Positions 41,057 to 53,423 of a stretch of DNA of 64,000 nucleotides are shown piece after piece. The first letter of the stretch is position 1. The number at the start of each line of letters is the position of its first letter. This DNA is from Eledone cirrhosa. Its lineage: Eukaryota. The stretch spans positions 342,550,001 through 342,614,000 of the forward strand of contig OZ024741.1 in NCBI GenBank assembly GCA_964016885.1. The letters are read 5' to 3'. The translations under genes were made by a program, and so were the position numbers. The notes under the pieces are model-generated. The model did not search any database and was not told the origin of the DNA. It saw only the letters and a list, made by a program, of their open reading frames with translations.

Positions 41057-41062
<6 letters not shown>
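38395..41062 (-). mobile_element. 5'-truncated Penelope-like element with inverted 5' copy of its 3' end
   Basis: Broken ORF 40975-38983: PPLYGLRKDHK..PTRPV, SMDVVSLYPSI, GAAIG, YSRYVDD, VLDTELW, CxxxxCxxC, YIGETARSIGERIDQH, IREASEI..PRLN; 40976-41062 is the reverse complement of 38440-38530; hammerhead-like motif at 38645-38684 (-). Confidence 0.9.
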
Positions 41063-41127
<65 letters not shown>

Positions 41128-41131
<4 letters not shown>

Positions 41132-42759
41132 TTAATTAACAAGCATTTCCCTAATTCCCATAAATACAGTAAAATTCTAAACTCTAAGACTGTTAAGCTA
41201 TCATACTCCACTGCACCAAACCTTGAAGCATACATAAAAACTTAACTTAAAGCAATTATTAAACAACACTACAAAACAAAATATTTTAGAAACAGTTGGG
41301 CATAACGTAATATCAGCCTCCCAACCACCAAATGGGAGACGGGTATTACACAACCCACCTGAACTGTTATCCCAACCTATCCATGGTACTGCTGTTACCC
41401 ATAACAAAAACTGCAACTGCCACCTACCCGAAAGATGCCCATTGAAGAATAAATGCCTAGAGTCCAACATTGTTTATCAATGCACTGTCGAATCAAACGA
41501 CCAGAAATGGTATTACATCGGGTCTACCACTACCTCCTTTAAATCTCGCTGGTATCGTCATCGATTTTCGATTAAACATCCTGAACTCCGTTTTGTAACC
41601 ACGCTCGCCAATAAGACCTGGCAACTCTGTGAATAGAACCGGCAGTTCACCTTAAAATGGGATAAATTATCCAGCGCTAGTGATTATCGGAGTGGATTGA
41701 AGTACTACAGATTATGCAACCTTGAACGCTTTTATATCTTGAAATCTAAAAACAACTTACTAAATGACAGAATCGAACGATCGTTCTCCTGCAACCACAA
41801 ACTGGAGGCTAAATTTTCTCACTATAAAATAACTTAACATATGAATCCGAGACTATTACACCCCTTTCTCGCTAACTAATTTCACTCAATAACTACTTCC
41901 TAACTATAACTATACCCCCCCCCCCCACACACTACAAGCCAGTACCTTGCTTATCATAATAAATGGATACTTAAGTGCGATCAGCAAACTACAACTACGA
42001 TCTCGGTGTATACCGCCTTTCCTTCCCCTTCTCTTAGCTTTTTTCTGTCCCCCCTCTCTCTTTCTCTCTCTCCCTCTTTCTCTCTTTGCCTCTCTCGCCC
42101 TCTGTCTATCTCCCTCCTTCTCCACATCTATCAACCTGCTCTCTGTGGCAATAAATAATTCCAAACTTGACAATGTCAACACAATGCCTAAGTTGTCACT
42201 TTGAGAGTAAGCAGTATAATAAAACCACTTGTTGGACCCCTATCACAACAGTTAGATTAAGCTATCTGCATTCTTCAAACCACTCTCTCCCATTTCGCCG
42301 ACCCCTACATATCTATCTCTCCCTCTCTCTATCTCTCTCCCCCTCTCCCCTTCTTTCTCTCTTCCTTTTCTACTCTATGTTCCCCAATTACTCCCTTTAA
42401 GAAATACAAGGAAATTTACACTTTAGCCATTTGCTCTGAAGATACGGTAGGATAAACAGCATTTGAAAATTGAATATTTGCAAATAAATAACTACCAATT
42501 TGCACATAGCATGACTAGGCTGTGTAACTACTATAGAAACATTTGTAAGCACTCGGAATAAATTACCTTTTTATGATGTCTACCTGTTTTATTATTCATT
42601 CTTTATCTACACTCTGGAATACAGAAGAATCGGAAAACGAGTTTCTTTAACTATTCTTTCATAACTCGTTGAGTAACCCCTCACCGTACGTCGACTCTAT
42701 CTAGTGTAGTAATTAACCATTACTGCATTCAGGATAATCCTAAGCATTTCTTGCATAAC

Positions 42760-42765
<6 letters not shown>
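41128..42765 (+). mobile_element. 5'-truncated Penelope-like element (GIY-YIG region + 3' UTR) in (TA)n
   Basis: KHFPNSHKYSKILN..VKLSYS..PNL, NCNC..CPL..KCL..NIVYQC..YYIGST..FKSRW..H; hammerhead in the tail; (TA)n on both sides. Confidence 0.85.
42432..42551 (+). ncRNA. Type-I hammerhead with greatly extended stem II region
   Basis: TGCT-CTGAAGA-TACGGTAG [~77 nt] CTACTATA-GAAAC ATTT GTA/AGCA. Confidence 0.6.
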
Positions 42766-42827
<62 letters not shown>

Positions 42828-42950
42828 TACGAAGGGGTGCTGAAAAGTTCCTTGCTTTGGGTAAAAGAAAATATAGGAGGATCAGTTAATTATGATTTTA
42901 TTGAACATATTCCTTCCTAAAATTTACACACTTATTGCAGCAGTCCTTCC
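42828..42950. mobile_element. Tc1/mariner-type terminal fragment
   Basis: TA-CGAAGGGGTGCTGAAAAGTTCC start, typical of mariner TIRs; partner end not seen. Confidence 0.4.
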
Positions 42951-42995
42951 CATGCAAGCATGGAAAAGCGGACGTAAAAACGATGATTATTACGA

Positions 42996-43067
<72 letters not shown>

Positions 43068-43672
43068 AAATAAATATAAGTTGACCGAAGTTTGGAAAAT
43101 CAACAACTTATAAGACACACACATATATATTTATTATACATATATATATATATTTATTTATATACATGTGTGTGTATATGAGGTGGTGGTATGTATGCCT
43201 GTGTATGTGTGTGTTCGTATCTTTCTACACGTGGAGTAACATACAATAACAGATATTTTTATATGCACATATTTTATGTAAACATTTAGAAATATATATA
43301 CAATGAATGTCTATAATGTATTTTTATTAACACGCGTACGTATTAAACTCACATAGATGTATATTTCGAAGCAAGTACACATACACATATACATAAATGT
43401 ATACACACACACACACACATGCATGTATATACATATATATTGATATATTGATATATGTATACAGACATACGAAAATATTAATGCATTCTTTACGGATATT
43501 CAGTTACACCGAAAGATGGCGCACTAAATCTGATAAGCATTAATGGCGGTCAGCCGTTCATGCACAGAATTATGTTTGTACTTTAGCAGGCAGAAAAGCA
43601 AGCATAAAGCTACATTCGCATTAAAATGGCGACGGATCGTATCGATTATATTGTTACTTTTTAGTCATCATC

Positions 43673-43750
<78 letters not shown>

Positions 43751-43751
<1 letters not shown>

Positions 43752-46700
43752 TTTGAGTCTCAGTCATTTACCTCCCACTTTAAGTCCTGGTATCGGTTAA
43801 TTTTCTCCCTCTCCTTCTCTTGCACTCTCGTGTCGAATGGGCAGGCCACATCCACAATCAGACACGATCTTTTTTCTTTGTCCACAACCACCAGGTCAGG
43901 TCTATTGTGTTCCAGTTTCTTGTCCGTCTGTATCCTAAAATCCCACAGCACCTTCACCTGATCGTTCTCCATCACCGCCTCTGGCTTATGCTCATACCAT
44001 TTTTCAGAATGTGGTAAATTGTTTACTTTGCACAGGTGCCAGTGGATCACCCTGCCCATCACATCATGTCTCCAGCCCTTATAGTGGGTCTGGGCTAGGT
44101 GTTTACACTCGGATACAATGTGAGCCACAGTCTCCTCTCTCTCTCCACAGATCCTGCACAGTGGGCTAGCCTCCTCCTTGTAAATATGGTGTTTCAACCA
44201 CTTCGTTTTGAGGGCCTGCTCCTGCGCAGCCATTAACATTCCTTCTGTAGCCTTTTTAAGGTCTCCTCTTCTTAACCAGTTCCATGTCTGTGGATCTCTA
44301 AATTCAGTTTTCTCAAAGAAGGTACTATGAAGGGATTTTTCCTGAAGGCTGCTCTTTCTCCTTGATGTTATTTCCTCCTTGGACATCCCCTGGCCTATTG
44401 TCCCTCCTTCAGTACAGTTCTGAGCATTGGCTCCTTACTATCAGTCACGTATTTGTGTAGGTTGTTTTTCTCCATCTGAACACAGTCCTCTATGTTGATA
44501 AGACCTCTTCCACCTTCAGATCTCCTTAGGTAGAGTCTATTGACATCACTCCTCTTGTGGAACATGTTGTAGATAGTCAATAGCTTCCTAGTCTTCCTAT
44601 CCATTTCTTTTTGTTCAGCAACATTCCATCTCAGAATTCCCGCACTGTACCTAATAATAGACACAGCTTGGGAATTTACTGCGCTTATGGCATTTCTGCT
44701 GTTCAGATGTGACTTCAATACGCTCCTTACTCTCCGAATGTATTCAGTTCTTAACAATTCCTTCATTTTTTTGTTCTTTATGCCATCAGCCTCCAGAACG
44801 CCCAAATACTTGTATCCTTCCTCAGAGTCAATTTCCTTTATCATCTCACCTGTTGGTATCTGGATTCCGTTACTTCTGCTCAACCTACCCCTCCTCATCA
44901 CAATGACTCCACACTTACTAATACCAAACTGCATACATATATCACTGCTGAAAATACGGACAGTGTCAACAAGCACATCCAACTCCTTCTCACTTTTCCC
45001 CGAAGAGCTTAAGATCGTCCATGAAGAGGAGGTGATTGATGGTAAGCCCTCCCTTTCCCAACCCGTATCCTGCTCTCACTTTTCGCAGTACACTGGTCAG
45101 GGGCATCAGGGCAAGGACAAACAACAGAGGGGACAGGCTATCTCCCTGGAAGATACCTCTCTTGATCTTCACGCTTCCCAAGGATTCTCCAGTTGATGTC
45201 AACTCTGTTTCCCAGGACCTCATACTCTTGCCCAACAACTGTCTGATGTTATCTGCCACCTTGAAGATCTCCAGGCTTTTGGTGATCCAAGAATGAGGCA
45301 CCATGTCAAATGCCTTTCTGTAGTCTATCCATCCCATGGCAAGATCAGTGTGTCTCCTCCTGCAATTCCCCATTACCATCTTATCAATAAGTAACTGGTC
45401 CTTTGTACCACGTGACTTCTTTCGGCATCCTTTCTGTTCCTCCGGTAACAAGTTGTTTGTGTGGAGGTGATGGTAGATTTCCTCAGACACAATGCTCGTC
45501 AACAGTTTCCACATTACGGACAGACATGTGATAGGTCTATAGTTGGTAACATCATTACCCTTGATTCGGTCTTTCATTATCAGAACTGTGGTACCTTTTG
45601 TCAACCACTCTGGTACCTCACCTGACATCAAGCAGTCATTGAACATGGTTGTCAGTTTCGGGTGGAGGGATGTTATATTTTTAATCCAATACCCCTGCAC
45701 ACCATCTGGGCCTGGTGATTTCCAGTTGGTTGTCTTTTTGGCCTGCCCCCTAAGAGTTTCAACTGTGATACTCAAATCAGTTTGTTGGTGTGCCTGCTCA
45801 CCGATCTCCCTCTGTACTGTCTCAATCCACCCTGCCTGGTCATTATGTCTAACATCCTACTCCCATATTCCTCTCCAGAATGTTTTAGTTTCTTCCGCCT
45901 CAGGGATCAAGTCGTTGCCTCTTTCCCCTCAAGCTGTCCAAACAGCATCTTCTGGTTGTTGTCGAACATGCGGTTCTGTTTATACTGACTGACTCTGTTC
46001 TCGTATCGCCTGATTTTTGCACTTTTTGCTACAATGCGTTGCTTCAGTTCCTCTATGATAATATTTAGCTTTTTCCTCCTAGTTTTGTACTTTATTTCCA
46101 GTATATTTTTAGTGCCTATGTTTTTTTGTGTCCCATTCAGTAGTGACTCAAGCTTTCCAATGTCATTTCTCATTTCGCTGATTTGACCACTCACTCGTTT
46201 CTTCCACCAAGGCTCTGCTCTTTCTTGTCTGTTGTTTCTTCTCGCTTTTATACCAAGTAGTTTCCTCATCGTATTTGCTGTTGCTTTGAGGATATTGTTG
46301 CACTGGTGAAGGCTCCTCGCCTCAAGGTATGGGATGACTTTGTTTACCTTAGCTGTTGTTTCTTTTAACTTTTTCCTGTCTACAAATCTTAGGTTCATAG
46401 GTCTCCCACTATCATTGTTCAATTCATCTACCACTAAATTTAGGATGTCAACCGAATCTTGTCCTAGCCCGTCAGCATTCATCTCCTCAGTGGCCTTATC
46501 TCTGTTCCAGGTATTATTTATCTCAGTATTCAGATCATTGTCTGCTTCGGGTGGTTCCTCCGTTCTCTCGACCTCTTCACCTTCATTTCCCACTGGCTCG
46601 CTTGCCTGGCATACTCCACCCTCCATCTCCAAGCTAATCTCTCTGTTCAGTTCCTCCAGTTCCAGCTCGCTTACCCACCCATTAGTTCTTATTACCCGAG

Positions 46701-47130
46701 CCTGCCCGGCCAATTTTTGTTCATCTAATTTAAATAGACCAATCTCGTTCCAGATGTTATGCATCCGTCTCCTATAGCCCCTCTCCTTGGGGTTACTTTT
46801 CAGGTAACATTGCATAACAGTTCTATTCAATTCTTTCGTCCAGTTGGTTCTGGTCCCTTTCCTTCTTCTTCTTCCTCCGACACCAGCAGTATTTGGTTGA
46901 CAGCCAGGTTCCTGCTGCTGAGCCAGGGAGCACCTGTTGGGTGAGAGTCTGTCACATGACGTTCTAGTCTCCATTTCACCGTTATTCGAACTGTTTAGGT
47001 TCGATATTTAAACACTCTTATCGAGGATTGGCGAATGTATGGTTACATAATCATCTGTGGATTCACCGTCTCCAGTGGTTGCGCCGCTCCACTTGGCTCT
47101 TGTGTGGCATTATCACCACGCTGTAGGCGA
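43751..47130 (-). mobile_element. Near full-length R4/Dong-type RLE LINE, pseudogenised, 3' end in (TAA)n
   Basis: ORF segments 46974-43760: WKSPGPDG, NYRPITCL, WIDYRKAFDMVPHSW, RGIFQGDSLSPLLF, LFMDDLKL, GGRGL, CRIC..HIVSEC, RHD, NRPDLVVVD..VDVACP; abuts (TTA)n 43674-43750. Confidence 0.93.
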
Positions 47131-48009
47131 ACACAAATAAACAAACAAACAAACAGGCAGAAAAAACCCCCAAAATGAATAAGCATAAGTTTCATTGTAA
47201 TGTAGTGTTCGAATATCTGACTTAGTTTTTTCCCCTCTCTTCTCTGTCCGTCCGCTTGTTTCTCTCTTCATTCTTATTTTCTTTACTTTTTTTTTGTTTT
47301 TGTTTTTCTCTGTTTGTTTTTCTCTTTTTTGTTGTTGTTGCTGTGCTGCTTTGGTTTTAATGTTTGTTTTTTCTTTTGAGTCTATCTATATATTTTGATG
47401 CCTTCCTCTTTTTTAGTAGGAATTCTATAATGTGGTGGCAGCAACTAGCAGGAAGCAATGGGAGAGAATAGCGGCGGTAGCGATACTGAGACAGTGGTGG
47501 TGGTGATGTCGATAGTGAGGCAGAGGTGGTGGTGATGTGATCGTATTACTGTAGTGATGGTGTTGTAGCGGTGGTAGCAATGAAGGAGTGGTGGCGGCGG
47601 TGATGGGATAGTGGTAGTAATGATGGCAGTGGCCGTTATCTGGCTGTTGTGTTTAGTGTACACAGAGAGGTGGTGGGGTAGGTGGTGTATCTAGTTTCTG
47701 GTGTTGGTGAGATTGGTGTTGTTTGGCTATTCTATATAGTGTAGACAAAGGAGGGGGGGGGGGTGTTCTTCTTCTTCCATTTATAGCCATTTTCTTTTTT
47801 GAATATACAATGTACAATACAAAGTTGAATATTTGAATATTTGAGCCTTATAACAATATATTTTGGGTCCGAATTTTTTTGGGGCTCAAGCCGGATGCTT
47901 TACGTAGCATTTGTACTAAAAGTTGTTATTTCACAAATGATTTAAATATGTTAAAAATTCAAAACCTACGGGAGCGATTTCATGACCTTCTACCACCTCG
48001 TGTGTCTTC

Positions 48010-48075
<66 letters not shown>

Positions 48076-48285
48076 GGCGACCTACGTAGTAAATCGTATC
48101 ATCGTGAGCTCCGCAAAGGTTTGTTGTTTCCGTTTGTTAAAAATTGCCATTTATGGACATTTTTTATTGTTAACTGTATATAAGCGCACATACATTGTTT
48201 TCCGAAAAGGACACCCAAAAAGATTGGGGCTTTGTGCCCAAAATTTAAACTTTTATGATTATCAAAAAATTTCTTTGAAAAAATC

Positions 48286-50269
48286 ATGGCTGATTCACCT
48301 CTGCACCAAGTAGTTGAGACCCTTCCTAACAAACTAACACCTCACACCGACACCACCATTGTAAATATTACTACGTTTGCCAACACTAAAAATTTAAGCA
48401 GTAGCAATATTTTAAATTTGTCTCAGGCAGACATTCATTTCCCGCCATTACTAATAACTGCAGGTGTTAAAGCCGCCACCACCACCACCACCGCGACAAC
48501 CAACACTCCCACCACCACCGCGACAACAGAAACAAAAGAAAAAAATAAATTAACTCGTGATGTCGAAATGAATTCAACCAAAATGAACTCTTCCACACCG
48601 AACACAACTGACGCCACCACCACCACCACCACCACCACAACTGAAACTAAAATTAATAATAACAAAAATAACGATAACAACAACAACAACATTGACATTA
48701 AGAAAACCACCCTGAGTTTTGCCAGAGTAGCAAAACAGTGCGAAGCATTTCAGGTAACTCAGGAGGAATTAGAAGATGCCAAAAAATGGTAAAGAAAGAT
48801 GGGTACAGGGTCAGCCTCACCCCCCACCTAATAAAATGGAGCATCGGTGCCTATGCACCGTGTCTTATCGAACAATTAATGTAAAATCGCGCCGAGTGGA
48901 ACGGGCATCCGAGTCCCAAATCCAAAAAGCTTTGGGATATGTGTGGGTAAGAAAGACCCCACATCAGACGTGGGCAGAAGTATGGAACCGTGGACGTGTT
49001 CTTTGAAACACCAGAGGAGGCTAGAGAACACTCCATGGCCCCATTAAGAAGTGACGACTTCACACTCGTCCCAAGCTATTGTGGCCAGAGACTCGTAAAG
49101 ATCAGGGTGACCCACGTTCCACCGGCCATCGAAATTCCCTGGCTAATAGCTGCCGTCCTCGCCGGCATCGAAGCCAACACCAAGATAATAGCAATAGCGA
49201 AAGAAAAGCCGGAGAACTAGTCCGGATCTGGGATGGAGCTCCTGATCCAAGCGGACCAAAAAAGTATTGAGGCGTTCCCAGAGGTAATAGACCTCACTAA
49301 CGACAGCCACCTCACCATAATTGTCGAGAGCAGAAAGCCTAGGTGTGTCGTTTGTGGTGAAGGAACTCACCTAAGGGCTTTCTGCCCTCAGGCTAAAAGG
49401 TTGAGGCCACCTCTCCTACCCACCCCAGTGACTCAACCATCAACACCACCAGCAGCAGAGATGGCAGCAACAACTGTAGCAGCAACAACCCCAGCAATAG
49501 AAGCAAAACCAACACCACCACCACCCAACGCTTCAGAACTAGCACCAGCGCCTACACCATCCACCACGCCACAACCAAAACTAACGCCTGTGGAGGATTT
49601 TCCACTCCCCGGCCTATCACAACTGGAGACAGATTGTGACGACGAGGAGTGGGAAACGGTATCAGGAAAAAAGAAAAAAAGAAACCCAAAAAGAAAAAAT
49701 TCTCTTCCTTCCCCCTCCAAAAACAAAATACAGAGGGAAACAAATAAACTATCAAACAAAAAAGTTAGGACAGACATGTCACCATCCACACCAGCATCAC
49801 CAACCCCATCACCCCAAACACCAACACCATCACCATCATTAACCCCAACACCACCATCACCTACACCACAAAGTCACCAAAATGCGAAACAGAAACAAAC
49901 CCACAACAAACGCAAACAAAACAAAACAACCAAAACGATACACACTACACAGCATTAAATTTGAACAACAAGCAATTATTACACTACATCCAACACAACA
50001 CAAGCATCACAGAAAAAGACTACACAACAACCCAAAAATTCACACCACCTCCACACATACAAATCACTCGCATCACACAGAAAACGTACATGACACTAAA
50101 ACAAAAATTCCCCAAAGACATCGGAGACTTCCGACAAGCACTCTCCAGGAGGATTTATAAGGACATCCTTCCTGAGGAGGCCACAAGCAGTGAATGGAGA
50201 AACCGTCCTTCCTCTACGAGTAGTAAGGTAAGTGGTCTTTCCCATCTTTTCTACTCCATTTCAACATGA
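48286..50269 (+). pseudogene. LINE ORF1 (gag-like, CCHC), interrupted
   Basis: Segments 48286-48792, 48990-49220, 49233-49958, 49961-50269; SFARV motif, CX2CX4HX4C, WETVSGKKKKR. Confidence 0.7.
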
Positions 50270-53159
50270 CCTCACTCAGAATAGGCAGCATAAATGCGCG
50301 TGGCTTGGGGTCGTCATGGAAGCAGGGCCACCTGCTCAACGACCTCAGGTCACTAAACATAGATGTAGTGGCCATCAGCGAGACCAGAATCTCCGAAGCA
50401 CGGGCCTTCGCACTGATCTTCGGCGGCTACGATGTGTACGCATCTCCTAGCCGTCCGGGATCGGGGGGAGGAGTTGCTGTGCTTTTTCGGAGAGGTTTTG
50501 ATCTTGCCATACAGGCCATCTTCCTGGATCCAGAAGGTAAGTTGGTGGTGCTGGACGTGATCAGCGAAGACGGGCAAGCTTTCAGGTTAGTGGCCGTCTA
50601 TGCCCCGACAGGAGCAGGGCGGCCAGATTTCTTCCGGCGTCTGGAGACCTTTCTTGGAACGTCCCGCTCTTTAGTGTCAGTGGGCGACTGGAACGGGATC
50701 TTAGATGCACGCTGGGACTGTGTGGGATTAGTGGATAGGGGAGGAGGGTGCAAGAGTCTCACCAACCTGCTCAGGCGTTTTGAACTGTCTGACAGGTACA
50801 GATTGGATTTCCCGAATGTGCCAATGTGGACTTGGACAAATCGCATAGGGTCATCCAGATCATATCTAGATAGAGTATTTTGTAGGGAAATAGATACATC
50901 TAGTATAGGCTGTCCACAATTCAAGATAGTCAGCTACACGGACTACAAATTCGTGATCTGTGTGCTTGACTTAGATAGGCTTCATAGACGAGGACCCGGC
51001 TACTGGAAGCTAAACGCGTCCTTACCAGCGCGCAAGGCCTACAGAGACCAGATTAGCGAACTAGTTAAGCGAGCGTTGACGGGGGCCATCGCCAACAACA
51101 AGTGGTGGTTTGCTCTGAAAAGAGCAATTAGAATAGAGTCCATTAGGTTTAGTAAGGCTTTAGCAATAGAGAAAAATAGAGCAGAGGGAGAATTAGTTAG
51201 AAAATTAAACGAGGTGCTTAGCAAAGGCATCGCGACCGACGTACTTGCGGCGAAATTGGCTCTTGACCAATTCTTCAATGCAAAGCACGAAGGCTGCGTT
51301 GTCAGAGCTAGGGTGCGTGCTCTCAGACACGAGGGGACGAAAGCCGTTCAATGGGCCCGAGTGGCGGAGGCGCGTCGTGGCAACAAAGCCACGATCCGGT
51401 CTTTGGTGGACCACGACGGGCGCATGCTACTCGATCCTGGGCAAATGTGTAAAGCTTTTCAGCGACACTTCGCACAGCTGTTCGGGGGCAGCGGCTGGCC
51501 GGATCGAGGGATGGACTTTAGTGTCTACCTCGACGGACTGCCGCGGCTCTCGGCCACTGAGGCGGAGTGTTGCGAAAAGCCGATAACAGCCGCTGAAGTA
51601 CGGGAGGCAATGACTGGCTGCACAAGGGGTAAATCGCCTGGTTTGGATGGTCTGCCCTATGAACTTTACGTACAGATGCCAGACTTGTTCGGAGGCCTCT
51701 TGGCGGACGTCTACTGCAACTGGCAACAGAACGGGAGCTTCCCAGCTCTGTGAGCCGAGGAGCTGTGGCGCTGCTGAGAAAGGATCCGAACAAGGGGGAT
51801 AATATAGATAATTTCAGGCCCATAACTCTGCTAAACACAGAGTTCAAGATTTTGGCCAAGGTGCTAGCAAAGAGGTTGGCGCTAGTCGTTGGTGGTCTGG
51901 TGGGAGAGGCGCAGACATGTGCCATTCCCGACAGATCCATCCACGACAACCTCAACCTCATGCGATACATCGTAGAGAGGGTAGCTAGGGAACCTGGCAC
52001 GGGTGGGTCCTTGATCAATTTAGATCAGTCGAAAGCATTCGATAGGGTCGACCTTCGTTACCTAGCGGCAGTCCTGAGGGCGGCTGGCTTTGGGCCCGCC
52101 TTCAGAGGCTGGATCGCTGCCATGCACAGCGACATCTGCTCTGTGGTGAGAGTGAACGGTCACCTTTCGGAACCGTTCAACATCATGCGCTCGGTCCGCC
52201 AAGGTTGTCCCCTCTCGTTCCTTTTGTACGTATTGACTCTCGAGCCATTACTACATATACTGGAGACGTTGAGGGGGGTCCCGCGCGAACTAGGATGCGG
52301 AAGATCCACGTCAGCATATGCGGACGATGTCACCGTAGTGGTGTCGAACGCCAAACACATCGAGGCGATCGGCACTACACTAAGAGAATACGAAGCGGTG
52401 AACGGAGCAATGATAAACCAGGAAAAGTCAGTGGGCCTGCAGCTTGGCACCTGGAGAGGCAGGTCCATGCCGTCCAACAGCGTCGTTGGACGCTGGACGG
52501 ACGGACCGGTTAAATTGCTAGGGGTCTGGTTCGGTCCGGACCTCCAGACGGACAAAAACTGGGACGAGGTGACGAGCAGGGTGGCTTCTCTCACCCAGAA
52601 ATGGGCGGAGAGGAAGCTATCCCTGAAAGGTCGAGCGGAGCCTCTGGACAACTTCCAGAAACCCCTGGCCTCGAAGTGCTACCGAGGAGCTTTGCCAGTT
52701 CGGGATAAACTCTACAGGCATGGAGGTGCCGTCAGCCGGGCATGTCGGAGATGCGCACAGGGCGACGAAACCGTCCTGCACGCACTCGTCCAGTGTCCGA
52801 GCATTGCTGACTTGTGGGTTTATGTCGAACACCTGCTGTCATGTGTAGGACGGATCCGGCTATCAGCTGAGTCCATCGTGAGGATTGCCCCGCCCTCTTC
52901 CTTTAGCCGGGAAGGGCAGGCAGTTTTTATCTGTCTGGTGGCCATGGCGAAAGAGATAGTATGGTGGACACGTTTGAAAGGGCTGAAGACGAGCACTTAC
53001 CTCTTCGGTGATGCCCTGATTAACTTTTTCAAATTTCATTTGAAAAGGAAAATCAGGGCAGAGAGGGAAGTGCTCTCTTCCCAGCATTTTGTTGAAAGAT
53101 GGGTGAGAGAAGCAAGTATGGCCCGAGAGAATGGGCCTACTCTGAGTATCTGTCTGTAA
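50266..53159 (+). pseudogene. LINE ORF2, APE endonuclease + reverse transcriptase + Cys-rich C-terminus; frameshift near 51745
   Basis: SINARGL, ISET, VYAP, GDWN, SYLDRVF, GYWKLN, KSPGLDGLP, FRPITLLN, LDQSKAFDRV, VRQGCPLS, YADD, CRRC..ETVLHALVQC. Confidence 0.92.
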
Positions 53160-53375
53160 ATTAAAGGTGGAAAACTGGGAGAGGGCACTTTTAATGGGCT
53201 TTCTCCACAAATGTCCCTCGGAAGTCTCCCCCCTATTGGGGAATTTTTCATTGTTATTTTTTATTACATCCTCTGTTTTTTTTACACGCAGAAATGCCCA
53301 TTTGTACCGTCCTGTATTGTCCTGTACTGTCCTTAATGTCTACTTTATGTAAACCCTTGTGGTTAATAAAGAAAG

Positions 53376-53422
<47 letters not shown>

Positions 53423-53423
<1 letters not shown>

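Larger units (their letters stand above)
48076..53376 (+). mobile_element. Tx1/L1-clade non-LTR retrotransposon, near full length, flanked by (TTA)n
   Basis: Broken ORF1 with CVVCGEGTHLRAFC zinc knuckle; ORF2 with APE and RT; AATAAA tail into (TTA)n; (TTA)n also at 48011-48075. Confidence 0.92.
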
